Source of the DNA: a virus
Lineage: Duplodnaviria; Caudoviricetes
Length of the DNA stretch: 64,000 nt
IMG/VR virus record: IMGVR_UViG_3300008255_000098
Strand: one strand, 5' to 3'
A program made the translations under genes and the position numbers. Under the pieces are notes generated by a model. That model saw nothing but the letters and a program-made list of their open reading frames with translations. It made no database searches and was not told where the DNA came from. Within the stretch, counting starts at the first letter, position 1; each line of letters begins with the position of its first letter. Below, piece after piece: positions 37,291 to 47,900 of this stretch.

Positions 37291-38532
37291 TTACCTTGCT
37301 GCTCTAACAGCTTCAACTTCTTCTAACGAAGAAGAGTCTAAATCTTCAAAAGTCGGATGAGCCTGCGTATCAGACTTCATCACCAGCGCACTCTCAAATA
37401 ATGCATCCATATATTTAGCATATTCTGGCGCATATAAAATTTTGTCAAAATCTGATTTATGAAATTTCTTGTCCAAAATAACTTCTCCAGTTCCAGCATC
37501 TGAGACAGTAAAGTTTCTCCACGCAGATGTTCCATAAACGTTTACATATTCATTCCCAATTTTCACGCCAGCGGGGCTTACTTTGATAACCTCCGCACAA
37601 TGTGCCCTAAATAAATCAAACACTTCTTCAAACTCTATAACCCCTACTCCAAATATAATTTGGAATTCGCAAGATCTAAACGGCCGGGCTACTCTGTTTT
37701 TAATAGTCTTTGCTTTTACTTTGATTCCTACTACATTCCCATCCTTATCTTTAATTTGTGTTTGTCCCGTGGATGAGATTCTAACTCTAACACTAGAGGC
37801 ATATGGTATTGCCATTCCGCCTGGTGTAGTAATGTTATCTCCGAACATTACACCTATCTTTTGCCTCTGTTGATTTACCAACAAAAATAAAACATTCTGG
37901 TTTCCAATAATATTGACAATTTTACGCATTCCCTTTCCAAGCACCCTCGCCTGTAGCCCAATAGTGTTTTGGTCATAATCTCCTTCTAATTCAGCCTTCG
38001 GGGAAGAAGCGGCAATTGAATCCCAAATTATTGTTACTGGCACGTCTTTAGCCATGGCACGAGCTTTTAAAATAGTACTTTCGGCAATTGCAAAAATCTC
38101 TTCTGTGCAAGCTGTCTGACAGAATACAAATCGTTTATTTACATTAATACCAATAGACTCTAAGTTAGTTAGGCTTGTGGCATTTTCTGTGTCAATATAT
38201 ACAACAATTCCGCCCATCTTTTGTGTCGCTTTAGCAGCTTCAAAACATATATGAGACTTTCCGCTTGAAGTGGGACCTTGGACCTCCACAATTCTTCCTT
38301 CAGGAAAGCCCCCATATTTTTGATTTGAAATCAAACAATCAAGTTGTCGGGACCCTGTTGAAATCCAACGCTTAATATTTGTTGGTGCGTCATCTGTAGA
38401 TAAGTTAAATGCAATTTTCTCTCCATTTTCTTTATTCAGTTGTTTGATGAGATCGGATGTAAAATCATCACATATGTCTTTTTTGGAATCATCATTTACC
38501 TTGTCTGTTTTTTTATTTTTCTGTTTTATCAT
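37291..38532 (-). CDS. recA: RecA/UvsX recombinase
   Basis: ISTGS..LD, GRIVEVQGPTSSGKS, YIDTENA, IIWDSIAA, NQQR.KIGVMFG, TPGG.A; start at ATG 38532 with GAGG SD. Confidence 0.95.
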   Translation of the reverse strand: MIKQKNKKTDKVNDDSKKDICDDFTSDLIKQLNKENGEKIAFNLSTDDAPTNIKRWISTGSRQLDCLISNQKYGGFPEGRIVEVQGPTSSGKSHICFEAAKATQKMGGIVVYIDTENATSLTNLESIGINVNKRFVFCQTACTEEIFAIAESTILKARAMAKDVPVTIIWDSIAASSPKAELEGDYDQNTIGLQARVLGKGMRKIVNIIGNQNVLFLLVNQQRQKIGVMFGDNITTPGGMAIPYASSVRVRISSTGQTQIKDKDGNVVGIKVKAKTIKNRVARPFRSCEFQIIFGVGVIEFEEVFDLFRAHCAEVIKVSPAGVKIGNEYVNVYGTSAWRNFTVSDAGTGEVILDKKFHKSDFDKILYAPEYAKYMDALFESALVMKSDTQAHPTFEDLDSSSLEEVEAVRAAR

Positions 38533-38587
38533 ATTTCCTCTAAGTAATATTTTACCATTCAATGTTTGTTCTGTAAACTACAAAGAC

Positions 38588-38617
38588 AAAAAAACCCAAA
38601 TAAAAATATTTGGGTTT
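38588..38617 (-). terminator. Rho-independent terminator after ssb
   Basis: AAACCCAAATA-AAAA-TATTTGGGTTT perfect hairpin with a U-tract on the minus strand. Confidence 0.7.
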
Positions 38618-38656
38618 CTTTATTCATTTGTTTTTGCTAGATATCATTTATTTATT

Positions 38657-39541
38657 TTAAAATAATTCGCTAACATCATCATCTAAGTCCGAAAAGGCAT
38701 CTTCAATGTTCTTTGTGGCAGCTGCTGCATCGTCTTTAGCAGAAAGTCCTTTTGAAGACGTATGATTTTTACCAGCTGAGTTAACTTCTTTTCCGACGTT
38801 CGTAGAAGTCTCTTCGCCATCATCACCAGCTGTCTTCGCTAGGAAGTTTTCCACAGCTTGTTTGATCCACTCTGCGTTTTTGACTTGTGCTTTGAAGTAC
38901 GCTCCGAGGTCTGGCATAGAAGCTATCAACTCATCTATTTCCTTTTTGGTCTTTGCGACCTTACTTGCCTTACGTCGTGGCTGGAGATCATAGTTTTTAA
39001 TGGTCCAAGTATTAAACTTTTTACCAGAATCGGTGACGGTAAGGGTAAAATCAAATCCATCATTGACTTCCATCATGTTTTCTTCCGCATAATCTGGGTG
39101 GGCAAGAATTCCATAAATATCTTTTAAGATATTAGGGCTGAGTTCCCAAATTTGTATTCCCTTTTCTTCTTCTCCACGGACAAGAATCGGGGCGTAAAAA
39201 CGATCTCGTGGACGTAAGTTGTTCATCAACCTCCAAGTTTCACGTGTATTTTCCTTTTTCAATTCGTTGATTAAGTCAAAGACCGGATCTTCCATTTGAT
39301 ATTGTGAAGGAACAACAAACCTAGTTTCGGATAAGCTTTTATTGTCGTAATAAGATACCTCCTCAAATGGTTGACCATTTCTATCAACATATGGCAAGAA
39401 TCTAATTTCATAAGAACTCTTACCCCCGTCAGATGTCAATACTGGTTTAAACCAAGTAAGTTTTACCCTGTCCTTCCCAGAGTTTCTTCCGCCAGATAAA
39501 TCGGCGAGTTTTTGTTTTATAGCTTCTAAATCGTATGCCAT
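38657..39541 (-). CDS. Single-stranded DNA-binding protein (T4 gp32-like)
   Basis: EIRFLPY, PRDRFYAPILVRGEEEKG..IWE, GFDFTL; acidic C-tail DLDDDVSELF. Confidence 0.85.
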   Translation of the reverse strand: MAYDLEAIKQKLADLSGGRNSGKDRVKLTWFKPVLTSDGGKSSYEIRFLPYVDRNGQPFEEVSYYDNKSLSETRFVVPSQYQMEDPVFDLINELKKENTRETWRLMNNLRPRDRFYAPILVRGEEEKGIQIWELSPNILKDIYGILAHPDYAEENMMEVNDGFDFTLTVTDSGKKFNTWTIKNYDLQPRRKASKVAKTKKEIDELIASMPDLGAYFKAQVKNAEWIKQAVENFLAKTAGDDGEETSTNVGKEVNSAGKNHTSSKGLSAKDDAAAATKNIEDAFSDLDDDVSELF

Positions 39542-39937
39542 TGTTTTTCCTTTGTTTTTCTAATGTTTTTCTAATGTTTGTTTCATTTCGCAAAATAATA
39601 TTTGCTCTAAAACACTTACCAACTATTGGTAAGCATAAACTGTGTTTGAATAAACATAACAACTTTGTTTTAAATTTTAAACCTTGTTATGTAACTTGAT
39701 TTGATTTTTAATCAGAGAAATCAAAATCTCTATATGTCTTTTTGTTTATATCTTTCATGAAAATTGTTTTAAAATGTTTAATTTGGTTGTTGTTAAGTTG
39801 TTTTATATTTATTGTTTAGATGTTTTCGCTTCTTGTAATAAGTAGGTTTGTTGAACCTAAAAGTCTATTTTTCTTATTATAAGATATTAAATTTTATTCA
39901 ATAAAATCAACTACTTACAAAGTTTTTTAAACAAAAT

Positions 39938-40546
39938 TTATTCTAAAACAGATTGTTTGTTTTTGCCTTTTATACAGGCTACTCTTACGGCAGTTTGTAA
40001 AATTACCGACAACGGAGAAACATCATATAAATCTGTGCTGTACATTTGTCCGAGTTTTGACAAACTCAAAATTGCGTACATCTCATCTTCACTTACAGGA
40101 CATTTTGCTTTATTGGTTAGCCACCAGAGTGAACGTTGGCTCGGATGAATTTTATCTATCTTCTTGTTTAGTTCGTACATCATTCCACGTTCTCTATGCC
40201 AGTTTGATTCTTGTTCTAAATAGTAGTCTTCATTTTCATTACCAATTTTACCGAAATCATGAAACAAAGAAGTAACAAGTAAACTATCTCCGTTTTCGGT
40301 AAAATTAAGAGAGTTATTCAGATTTTTTGCAAGCGCAAAAACAGTTAGGCTGTGTCTAACAAGCCCGCCAGGATAGGCGCCGTTAAACTCTGTTCTAGAA
40401 GATGCAGGCGCAGCAGCCAAACGATCTTTTTCAGAATCACACAAAGACAGCAAACTATCTCTTACAGTTTTATTCTCCACTCTTTTTACTAAACCGTAAA
40501 ACAAATCCCAGTTTTTTTCTATTTTAGCTATTAATTCTTGATTCAT
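39938..40546 (-). CDS. HD-domain phosphohydrolase
   Basis: GGLVRHSL...LFHDFGKIG. Confidence 0.85.
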   Translation of the reverse strand: MNQELIAKIEKNWDLFYGLVKRVENKTVRDSLLSLCDSEKDRLAAAPASSRTEFNGAYPGGLVRHSLTVFALAKNLNNSLNFTENGDSLLVTSLFHDFGKIGNENEDYYLEQESNWHRERGMMYELNKKIDKIHPSQRSLWWLTNKAKCPVSEDEMYAILSLSKLGQMYSTDLYDVSPLSVILQTAVRVACIKGKNKQSVLE

Positions 40547-40621
40547 ATTTCCTCATTATTGTAGAGATAACAATAATAAAAAAATTTGTAAACACATTAG
40601 TGTTTTTTAAATAACTTTTTA

Positions 40622-41248
40622 TTATGGGTGAGCGATATATCCAACGACGGCGCCGACCGCTGCGGCTCCAATTACAACTAAACCCCATTTAATAGCCAAA
40701 CCAAATTTGGTTCTAAAAAACCCACTAGTCAAACTATCAACATAGTCTTTATGTAAGGTGTGACAATTAATAATTTCTCTTTGTTGTCCCGCAATTACAA
40801 TATTAGCCTCAGCCCGATCACTTCTTAAACGTAGACGAAGTTGCCCTACCTCCAAAGTTATTCTGTTTGTATCCGTTTCCCTTTGAAGTCGCAGAGCGAG
40901 TCGAGCACGGTCATAACTTGCTTGAGTTTCTGAAATAATAAAAGCAACAGCAGAAGGATTTAATAAAACTCCTGCCCACGGAGCTACTTGTCCAGATTGT
41001 AAGAAAACTTGTCTTTCTCCATGGCTTCCATCTGTTAAATAGGGTTCTGGTAATTGAATTTCTTCTAATGGGGATATAGTTGTTTCTATTTCAGCCCAAT
41101 CGATTGTTATATCTTCTGGAGAATTGGCAGTGGGCTGCCCCGACTCAAGCATTGTATCTGGGTTATTCTGTGCGGTTGCTCGTGGGGCAAAAGAAATTCC
41201 CATTAGGGAAGCTGCAAGAACAATTAATAATGTTTTTCTCATATTCAC
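40622..41248 (-). CDS. Exported/membrane protein with signal peptide, coiled coil and C-terminal TM
   Basis: N-terminal signal peptide (ATA|Q), WAGVLL motif, C-terminal hydrophobic helix. Confidence 0.7.
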   Translation of the reverse strand: MNMRKTLLIVLAASLMGISFAPRATAQNNPDTMLESGQPTANSPEDITIDWAEIETTISPLEEIQLPEPYLTDGSHGERQVFLQSGQVAPWAGVLLNPSAVAFIISETQASYDRARLALRLQRETDTNRITLEVGQLRLRLRSDRAEANIVIAGQQREIINCHTLHKDYVDSLTSGFFRTKFGLAIKWGLVVIGAAAVGAVVGYIAHP

Positions 41249-41649
41249 TCCGTTGGAATCCCAAAAGTATTAGTTACTGCACTTGTTAAAGTCGTTGGAT
41301 TGGAATTATAATTTGATATTATATTATCTTGGGTTGTGGCTCTTTGAGTTTCAATTTTGGTTAATTCCGTTTTATATTCTTGTTCAATCCTATGAAGCTC
41401 ATCAAGATAATTTCGCATAATACGTTCTTGGTCAGCACGTTCTTGTTCTTGCACCGCACGTAAGTCTTCTATCTGTTGACGATTATCTGCACTTTGTTGT
41501 GTATAACTTTTAAATAGATTTTTATACGCCTGGTCGTTTGATCTAAAGCTCCACGCCAAGAATCCTACTCCAAATAACAAAACTATGACAAGCCAATTAT
41601 TTTTAATCCATTTCCAAAATGATGATAATAATTTTTTAAATTTTTCCAT
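41245..41649 (-). CDS. Membrane-anchored coiled-coil protein (i-spanin-like topology)
   Basis: Single N-terminal TM followed by a long helical Q/E/R-rich region. Confidence 0.6.
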   Translation of the reverse strand: MEKFKKLLSSFWKWIKNNWLVIVLLFGVGFLAWSFRSNDQAYKNLFKSYTQQSADNRQQIEDLRAVQEQERADQERIMRNYLDELHRIEQEYKTELTKIETQRATTQDNIISNYNSNPTTLTSAVTNTFGIPTE

Positions 41650-41654
41650 TAATC

Positions 41655-41975
41655 CTAATTAATTCCAAACTTTTTCTCTTCAGTTTGTATTAACTTTGGA
41701 TGGTTTTCTTCTGTTTGTTCATTTTGTTCAAAAGAATATAATATTTCTTCTTGTAAGATTGTCATAGCAGACAACTTTTCATTAATTTGTATTATCTTGT
41801 CAGACAAAATTGTAACTTTATTATTAAGATTATGGGCCATAATCTTTACCTCTTCAAAATTTGTATCTTCTATATCTTCTGTAGACACATCATGTAAAAA
41901 GTTGTTCTCCTCTTTTTCTTTTAAAGCCTTCAGAAGGTTTTCTAAGAAAGAAACAAATTTCAATTTTATTGACAT
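41655..41975 (-). CDS. Hypothetical coiled-coil protein
   Basis: 106-aa ORF in operon. Confidence 0.7.
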   Translation of the reverse strand: MSIKLKFVSFLENLLKALKEKEENNFLHDVSTEDIEDTNFEEVKIMAHNLNNKVTILSDKIIQINEKLSAMTILQEEILYSFEQNEQTEENHPKLIQTEEKKFGIN

Positions 41976-41977
41976 AC

Positions 41978-42259
41978 CTAAACTCCATTTTTATTTTTTT
42001 CTTTGAGATTTTTTTCAATGAGTTTATAAACTAATTCAGCATCTATATCACTTTTACGTTTATTGCCAAAATTATGTTGTTTGTAGGTAACAGTTTCATC
42101 CATTATTTCTAATAATCTATGATCATAAAGTGTTACTTTTTCTATAACATATGTAAAAAATTGTTGTGGAGATAAGCCTTTTTTGAATAAGATCTTCCTT
42201 AGTTCTTTAAGAGACCCTTCATCAAATTCAAAAACAATTTTTGTTTTTTTTATAACCAA
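41978..42259 (-). CDS. Hypothetical protein (possible ribbon-helix-helix DNA binder)
   Basis: KTKIVFEFDEGSLKELRKIL...SPQQFFTYVI pattern. Confidence 0.55.
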   Translation of the reverse strand: MVIKKTKIVFEFDEGSLKELRKILFKKGLSPQQFFTYVIEKVTLYDHRLLEIMDETVTYKQHNFGNKRKSDIDAELVYKLIEKNLKEKNKNGV

Positions 42260-42261
42260 AG

Positions 42262-42885
42262 TTATCCACCAACGGGACCAGTAACTGCCGTAGTTGGGTC
42301 TGGAAAATCAGGTTGTGTCGCAGAATGTTCTTCTGTTGACACAGGGCGTAGGTCATACGTCGTATCTAAAATTTCCATCATCTCTTTGGCAGTTCTTTCG
42401 TTATAATTACTTTGGATATATTTTTCTGATCTGTTTAGAATTAAAGTGTTTAGATCGATTAAAGAACCAAGATTATTAACAAGTCTAGCAACACTCCTAG
42501 TAAAATCTTGTAAATTAATTTTTGGAGTATTCATAACGGGTGGGGGTTTTTCTTTGTTTGAGGAATCACTATCGTCGTCATCAGCTGCTCCGCCGCCGCC
42601 ACCAAGGTCTAAATCTGGTAAATCAGTCTCGCCCGTGCCATCTTCTTTATCTTGTTGCTCGAACAAAAAGGAAACTAAATTAGTAATTTTAGCAGATTCA
42701 AACATTTCCGATGTAGGAATTGACTCCCGTTCATATTGAATTAAATACCGATCAATAGCCTGATCTAAAGAAAATGGTTTTTCTGCGACTGACGCAAAAT
42801 CAGCCATAGATTGTGGACGTTCGATTGGCTGCGTCTCTTTGAGTAAAGATTCTAACAAAACTTCTAAATTTCTATTTTTTTTCAT
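42262..42885 (-). CDS. Hypothetical protein
   Basis: 207-aa ORF with acidic/Gly linker. Confidence 0.75.
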   Translation of the reverse strand: MKKNRNLEVLLESLLKETQPIERPQSMADFASVAEKPFSLDQAIDRYLIQYERESIPTSEMFESAKITNLVSFLFEQQDKEDGTGETDLPDLDLGGGGGAADDDDSDSSNKEKPPPVMNTPKINLQDFTRSVARLVNNLGSLIDLNTLILNRSEKYIQSNYNERTAKEMMEILDTTYDLRPVSTEEHSATQPDFPDPTTAVTGPVGG

Positions 42886-43820
42886 TATAAAGTACCTGGG
42901 TAATGAGAGGTAACAATATCATCAGAAGCACCAGGAGGCGTCGTTGAAGGAACTTCAAGTCCATTCGCATCTTTGACTTGCCCGATAGGAGCTTCGCCAG
43001 CGGCTGCAAGCATGTCTTTAGGAGCAGAGTTGTATATTGGTCTAATCATATATAGCGCATTTAACTCAGATCTTTCTGCAATAACCATGCGTGCTTCAAT
43101 TACGTTCCAATTAATTTCTCTCATCATTGCAACTATGTAATCATTGATTTCTGTTTCATAATCAAATATATATGCGTGTTCTGACATGTCCATAACCAAG
43201 ATTGGAACAGTGCCAAATGGTATTCCAATGTTATTAGAATCAACCACAACATTCATATAAACGTTTTTATATGGTTCATATACAAGAACACCCCAACCAC
43301 TTCTTGAAGATTTGCAAGTCGCCATAAAATCAAATTGCCAATTTTCAAATGTGCCAAAGTCTCTAGAAAGTTTCATATATGGAATAGCATCAACACTTAT
43401 ATCACTTGCTTGGTCTGCTATATTGTAGAAATACAATTCATGTAGCTTGATACTGTTAAGGTTAAAATTTTCTTCTACTTTTAGTGAACGATATGAACTG
43501 TAGTTTTTATTCGCTTCAAACTTATTTGCACCATCAAGAGCTGCGCTTGTTTTATTGAATGCATCAATACACACTTTATATAATTTTTCTTGTGTTTTTT
43601 TGGTGGTCTCAGAAAGTTTTTCTGTATTGAGAATAAAAGACTGTGGCAAAGCCACGAGTGCTTCTTTCAAAAAAGATTTTGTGGAGGTAACAACTTTAGT
43701 AACTGTATTTTCTAAAATACTTGTTTTGTCATTACCAACAGGGCTTTTGACCTTTTTTTCTGGACGAGATTTTTGAAACGACTCTCGCACAGCACCATTT
43801 ATTATTTGTTTTAGATCCAT
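42885..43820 (-). CDS. Fe/Mn superoxide dismutase-like protein with N-terminal extension
   Basis: LHELYF, FGTFENW..DF, SGWGVL, PILVMDMSEHAY..DY; first His ligand appears absent. Confidence 0.8.
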   Translation of the reverse strand: MDLKQIINGAVRESFQKSRPEKKVKSPVGNDKTSILENTVTKVVTSTKSFLKEALVALPQSFILNTEKLSETTKKTQEKLYKVCIDAFNKTSAALDGANKFEANKNYSSYRSLKVEENFNLNSIKLHELYFYNIADQASDISVDAIPYMKLSRDFGTFENWQFDFMATCKSSRSGWGVLVYEPYKNVYMNVVVDSNNIGIPFGTVPILVMDMSEHAYIFDYETEINDYIVAMMREINWNVIEARMVIAERSELNALYMIRPIYNSAPKDMLAAAGEAPIGQVKDANGLEVPSTTPPGASDDIVTSHYPGTL

Positions 43821-43893
43821 AGTTTTTTGTTACTTTCATTTTGTAACAATATTAAATATGCATTAGAATGCAAAAGAAAGTTTCTTTTATCTT

Positions 43894-44958
43894 CTAAGAA
43901 ATATTTTCATATCTATTGTACACATCATACAACTTAGACCTATTAAACTCAGTCCCAAATAATGACATATTACACAATCTGGAATATGCTTCGTAATATG
44001 AGATTCCGTGTGGAGTAAACTTTTCATAATTGCTCGCCACTAAATTTTTTTCTGCCGCACGGCGAACTTGGAATACTATATCTTCTGGTAGTGTTACAAT
44101 AAAATTATTAATCGGCTCTATAAAACTATAAGTGTCTTTACACGAAAAAAGGTACAGGGCGTCACGATTTCTATTTAGTCTTTCAAAGATTTGTTCTTTA
44201 ATCTCTTCGGGTGTGAAATTTTTATTAGATAGCCAATCTTTTATATCAAATTTAAACCATAAAGTAGATAACTTCTTTTTTTTATATTTTACTTCTAAAA
44301 TAGTTGTAATATTTGTGTAGCGTTTAGTTTTTGATTTCATAACCTCGGTATTCACAAATCCTAAAAATATTGCTGTATTTCCGCCAAATGTACTATATGC
44401 TTGTCCTACAAATAAATCAACTGGTTTTATTTTTACCTTTTTCCTTTTATTTTCTTTGGCTATTGCAGCCTTATGTATACCAGACCCTACTTGGATTGGC
44501 AATAAAACATTATTAATAATAGCAAACACAAATTCTCCTGGTAAGGTTCTATCATCTCTAACCTTGCCAAATAAAATTGCGTTTACTAAAACTTCATTTG
44601 ACATTTTTACTAGATACCCGCTAGGTGTCACCACATATATTGTATCTTTGTTTTTATAAGAATCGTTATTTATATCACTTCCAATTCCGAATAAACGAAG
44701 GTTACAAGGAACATTGTCGTGTACGTGCCAAATATTTTCAGTGCTAGATTCAATTCTATCAATTTGTTTTTGTGAATCTATAGCCCAGTATATTCCATAA
44801 TGTACTGGGCCACTAATTTTAGCTATTTTATCTTCAAATTCGTTTCCAAGCATAGACCAATTTTTATACAATAATTTTTTATCTTCTACGGTTTCTTTTT
44901 TGGAGAATATAATTTTTTTTGGTATTCTTGCTGTAAGTTTCATATTATCCTCGATCAA
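43894..44958 (-). CDS. Hypothetical protein
   Basis: 354-aa ORF overlapping the dnaE stop. Confidence 0.8.
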   Translation of the reverse strand: MIEDNMKLTARIPKKIIFSKKETVEDKKLLYKNWSMLGNEFEDKIAKISGPVHYGIYWAIDSQKQIDRIESSTENIWHVHDNVPCNLRLFGIGSDINNDSYKNKDTIYVVTPSGYLVKMSNEVLVNAILFGKVRDDRTLPGEFVFAIINNVLLPIQVGSGIHKAAIAKENKRKKVKIKPVDLFVGQAYSTFGGNTAIFLGFVNTEVMKSKTKRYTNITTILEVKYKKKKLSTLWFKFDIKDWLSNKNFTPEEIKEQIFERLNRNRDALYLFSCKDTYSFIEPINNFIVTLPEDIVFQVRRAAEKNLVASNYEKFTPHGISYYEAYSRLCNMSLFGTEFNRSKLYDVYNRYENIS

Positions 44959-47900
44959 TAACTTCTATTTTACTATAGAACGTTGATAATCCAAAATCAC
45001 TCTTTTCAAACTTAGCTAAAACTAAAGTGTTGCTTGGAATTGGAAAATCTTTAACAGGGTTATACCCCCAAATAAAACAATCTCGTTCTCGACCACTTTC
45101 CCCGAAAATTTTCATTCGCAAATATGGTTTGTTGTTTCTGGTTTTATATTGGGCACTACGTTTTACAACACACCAATACCATTCATGTTTGCTTTTATGT
45201 TCATCTACCGAACCTAACCCTGAAGAATCAAGATATTCACGAACATTTTTAGGAATGATAAGATTAATATCTACAGAACCAGCTAAAGTTTGACTATTGT
45301 TTATTTTTTCTTCAAGCGTCCAATCGTCTAACTCCTGAGCCTCTGCAATTAAAGTTTGTAAAACTTCCTTTGGTTGTGGATCTTTTTTCCGGGCACATGC
45401 ACGTTTGATCTTATCACCATTATCTACTAAAACATAATGCATTTGTCGATAATTTTTGAATGTTTTACCTTTCCCTACTAAATCCATACTAGAAAAAGCT
45501 TCAAGTTTTATAAGAGTAGATAAAGCTTTTTTGTTGAATTTGCTATGCCTCCATGTTTCATCTGGGTTCCAAACTAAATCCTCAATTTTAGTATAAGGTC
45601 TATATTCACGGATTTCTTGTAACGTTGGGACTCCAACATGTTTAAGTGCCTGGAAACTGGGGATCAAAACTTTATTAATTATTTGATAGTCTACATCAGA
45701 AGTATTTATATCCGGCTTTCCTACCTTATAGCCAATTCCTTTTGCGTCTCCTAGAGCCACAGATACTGGGCTTTCTCTTCCAGCCGCCTGCCCTTTATCT
45801 ACTGCACAATAGTCAATATAACTTGCTGTCCATTCGTCTGGATAATAAGTAAGTAACCAAGCACACTGATATGAAGTTATTGTATAAGAGACAGCGTGAC
45901 TTTTGTTAAAGCTGTACGCAATGAATTTTTCAATGTCTTCAAATATTGAATAACTAATACTTTTAGGAATGTCATTAACTTCTAAACACTTGTCAGCAAA
46001 AAATTCTCTAAGTTTTAATCTTTCTTTTGCAGCTTCAACTTTATTAGACATATCTTTCTTCATGAAAGCTTTTCGAATTCCGTCAGTTTCTTCTAGCGGT
46101 ACACCGGCAAGTTTATTGTAAATAAGTTGCAACTGTTCTTGGAAAACAATTAAACCATATGTGTCGCCTAATACCTCCTTTAACAAAGGGTGCTTATAAG
46201 CAATTTCTTCTGGCTTAGCCCTATTCTTAAGATAAAGTTTATCTGCTGATATGCCGAGAGGTCCGGGTCTAAATATTGACGTCGCAGTCGCTAGATCAAT
46301 AATATTCTTTGGTTTCATCTTCATTACAAATTTTTGTACTGGAGATTGAACAAATTGGAATATTCCTGCCCACTTACCTTCTTCATACACCTCTTTATAA
46401 ACCTTTGGGTCATCCATGGTGTTATTATCTGGATGTACATTTTCGTAAAACCATTTACTAACTTGTTCAAAAGTTGGGTGTTTTATCCCTTGGTTTTTTA
46501 AAATCCTTTTGACAGTATTCTCAAAAATTCTAAGAGTTCCCAAACCTAGAATATCAAACTTAAGAAATCCTAAATTTTCTAAGTGTCTGAAATTTAAACC
46601 TTCTTGCCACGGCGTCTGTAGGACACCACCGCTCTTAATAATTGGCATATGTTTTTCTGGTTTTTCTGTTATAATAACTCCACCAGCATGACGACTTACA
46701 TTTCTCATTTGTTTGAACAGAATTTTAATGTTTGTTTCCAGTTCTGGAAACTTATTCATTAGTTCTCTAAATGTTTGAGAATCCTTGGATGCAACATCGT
46801 ATGTTAAAACCCAGCCTTGTCTATCAAAACCGGCATTCTTTTTTGCTTCTGCTAGTGCTTCGGCTTCTATCTTCTTCGTATAGTTATTCACTTCCTCAAA
46901 TGGAACTCCATCAAGCTTGCATAAATCTTTTACTAAAGATCTAAGTTGTAGCTGATTGAAGTTGGATACCGGAATAACATTCTCTTCTCCGAAATGTTCT
47001 GCAATAATCTTTACGGCTTTGTCTCGATCAGCAAAGTCACTATCTATATCCGGAAAGCCCTTTTTAAATCTTGTCAAAAATCTCTCAAACAATAATCCAT
47101 ATTTTATGGGGTCCAATTGAGTTATATTCAAGACATAAGACAACAATGACCCGGCCGCTGAACCACGTGCGAGTCCGCAGAGCATTTGACTAGAAATATT
47201 CTCCATTATTTTTGAATAAGTTAAGAAATATTTTGAGAACTTTAGATGTTTTACTACTTTAAGTTCTTCTTTTAGCCTATCAATATGTTCTTGACTATCA
47301 AGCAACCGTCGATATTTCATTCCAGCAATTGCTTGTCGTTTTAATTCTTGGAATGCCGCTGATTCTTCGCTTATATCTTCACCAAATTTTGCCTCTATTG
47401 CTTTTAAATTTGAATCAGTTGCTAGATAAGAAATTGACGGGAGTTTAACTTTTGTATCTGGCGAAATATCATCAATTTGGTCATGAGCAATATCATATGT
47501 TCTTTCAATTGCTTCACGGACAATATCATCGTCATAAAAATCCCAACCTTTATCTTTTGTAGTTGAAAGATATGTATCCCAAATTTGAGATGCATTTTTA
47601 GGATATAATTCACACTTTAATTCATCTACAGACTTAGGAAGATTTTCTTTGTTCATGTCCATCCCCTTAGAAGCCCACGCCATCATTTTGTAAATTTCTC
47701 TTTGCTTCCAATGTTTTGGATTAGAATAGTGAGCATCTGTAGTCACAACTAACGGAGTTCCTGTACGCTTACTACATTCTATCAAGTGTTGATTTACAAG
47801 ATGTTGCGGTTCCAATCTGTTGAATTGTAGCTCTAAATAATAGTTTTCTTCTCCGAGCGCCCATTTAAACTTGTCTACCATTTCTTTTAATTCATTTTGA

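Noticed and set aside
39447-39662. 71-aa ORF overlapping the ssb start
   Set aside because: Overlaps ssb in another frame, has no motif and starts in the AT-rich gap; likely spurious.
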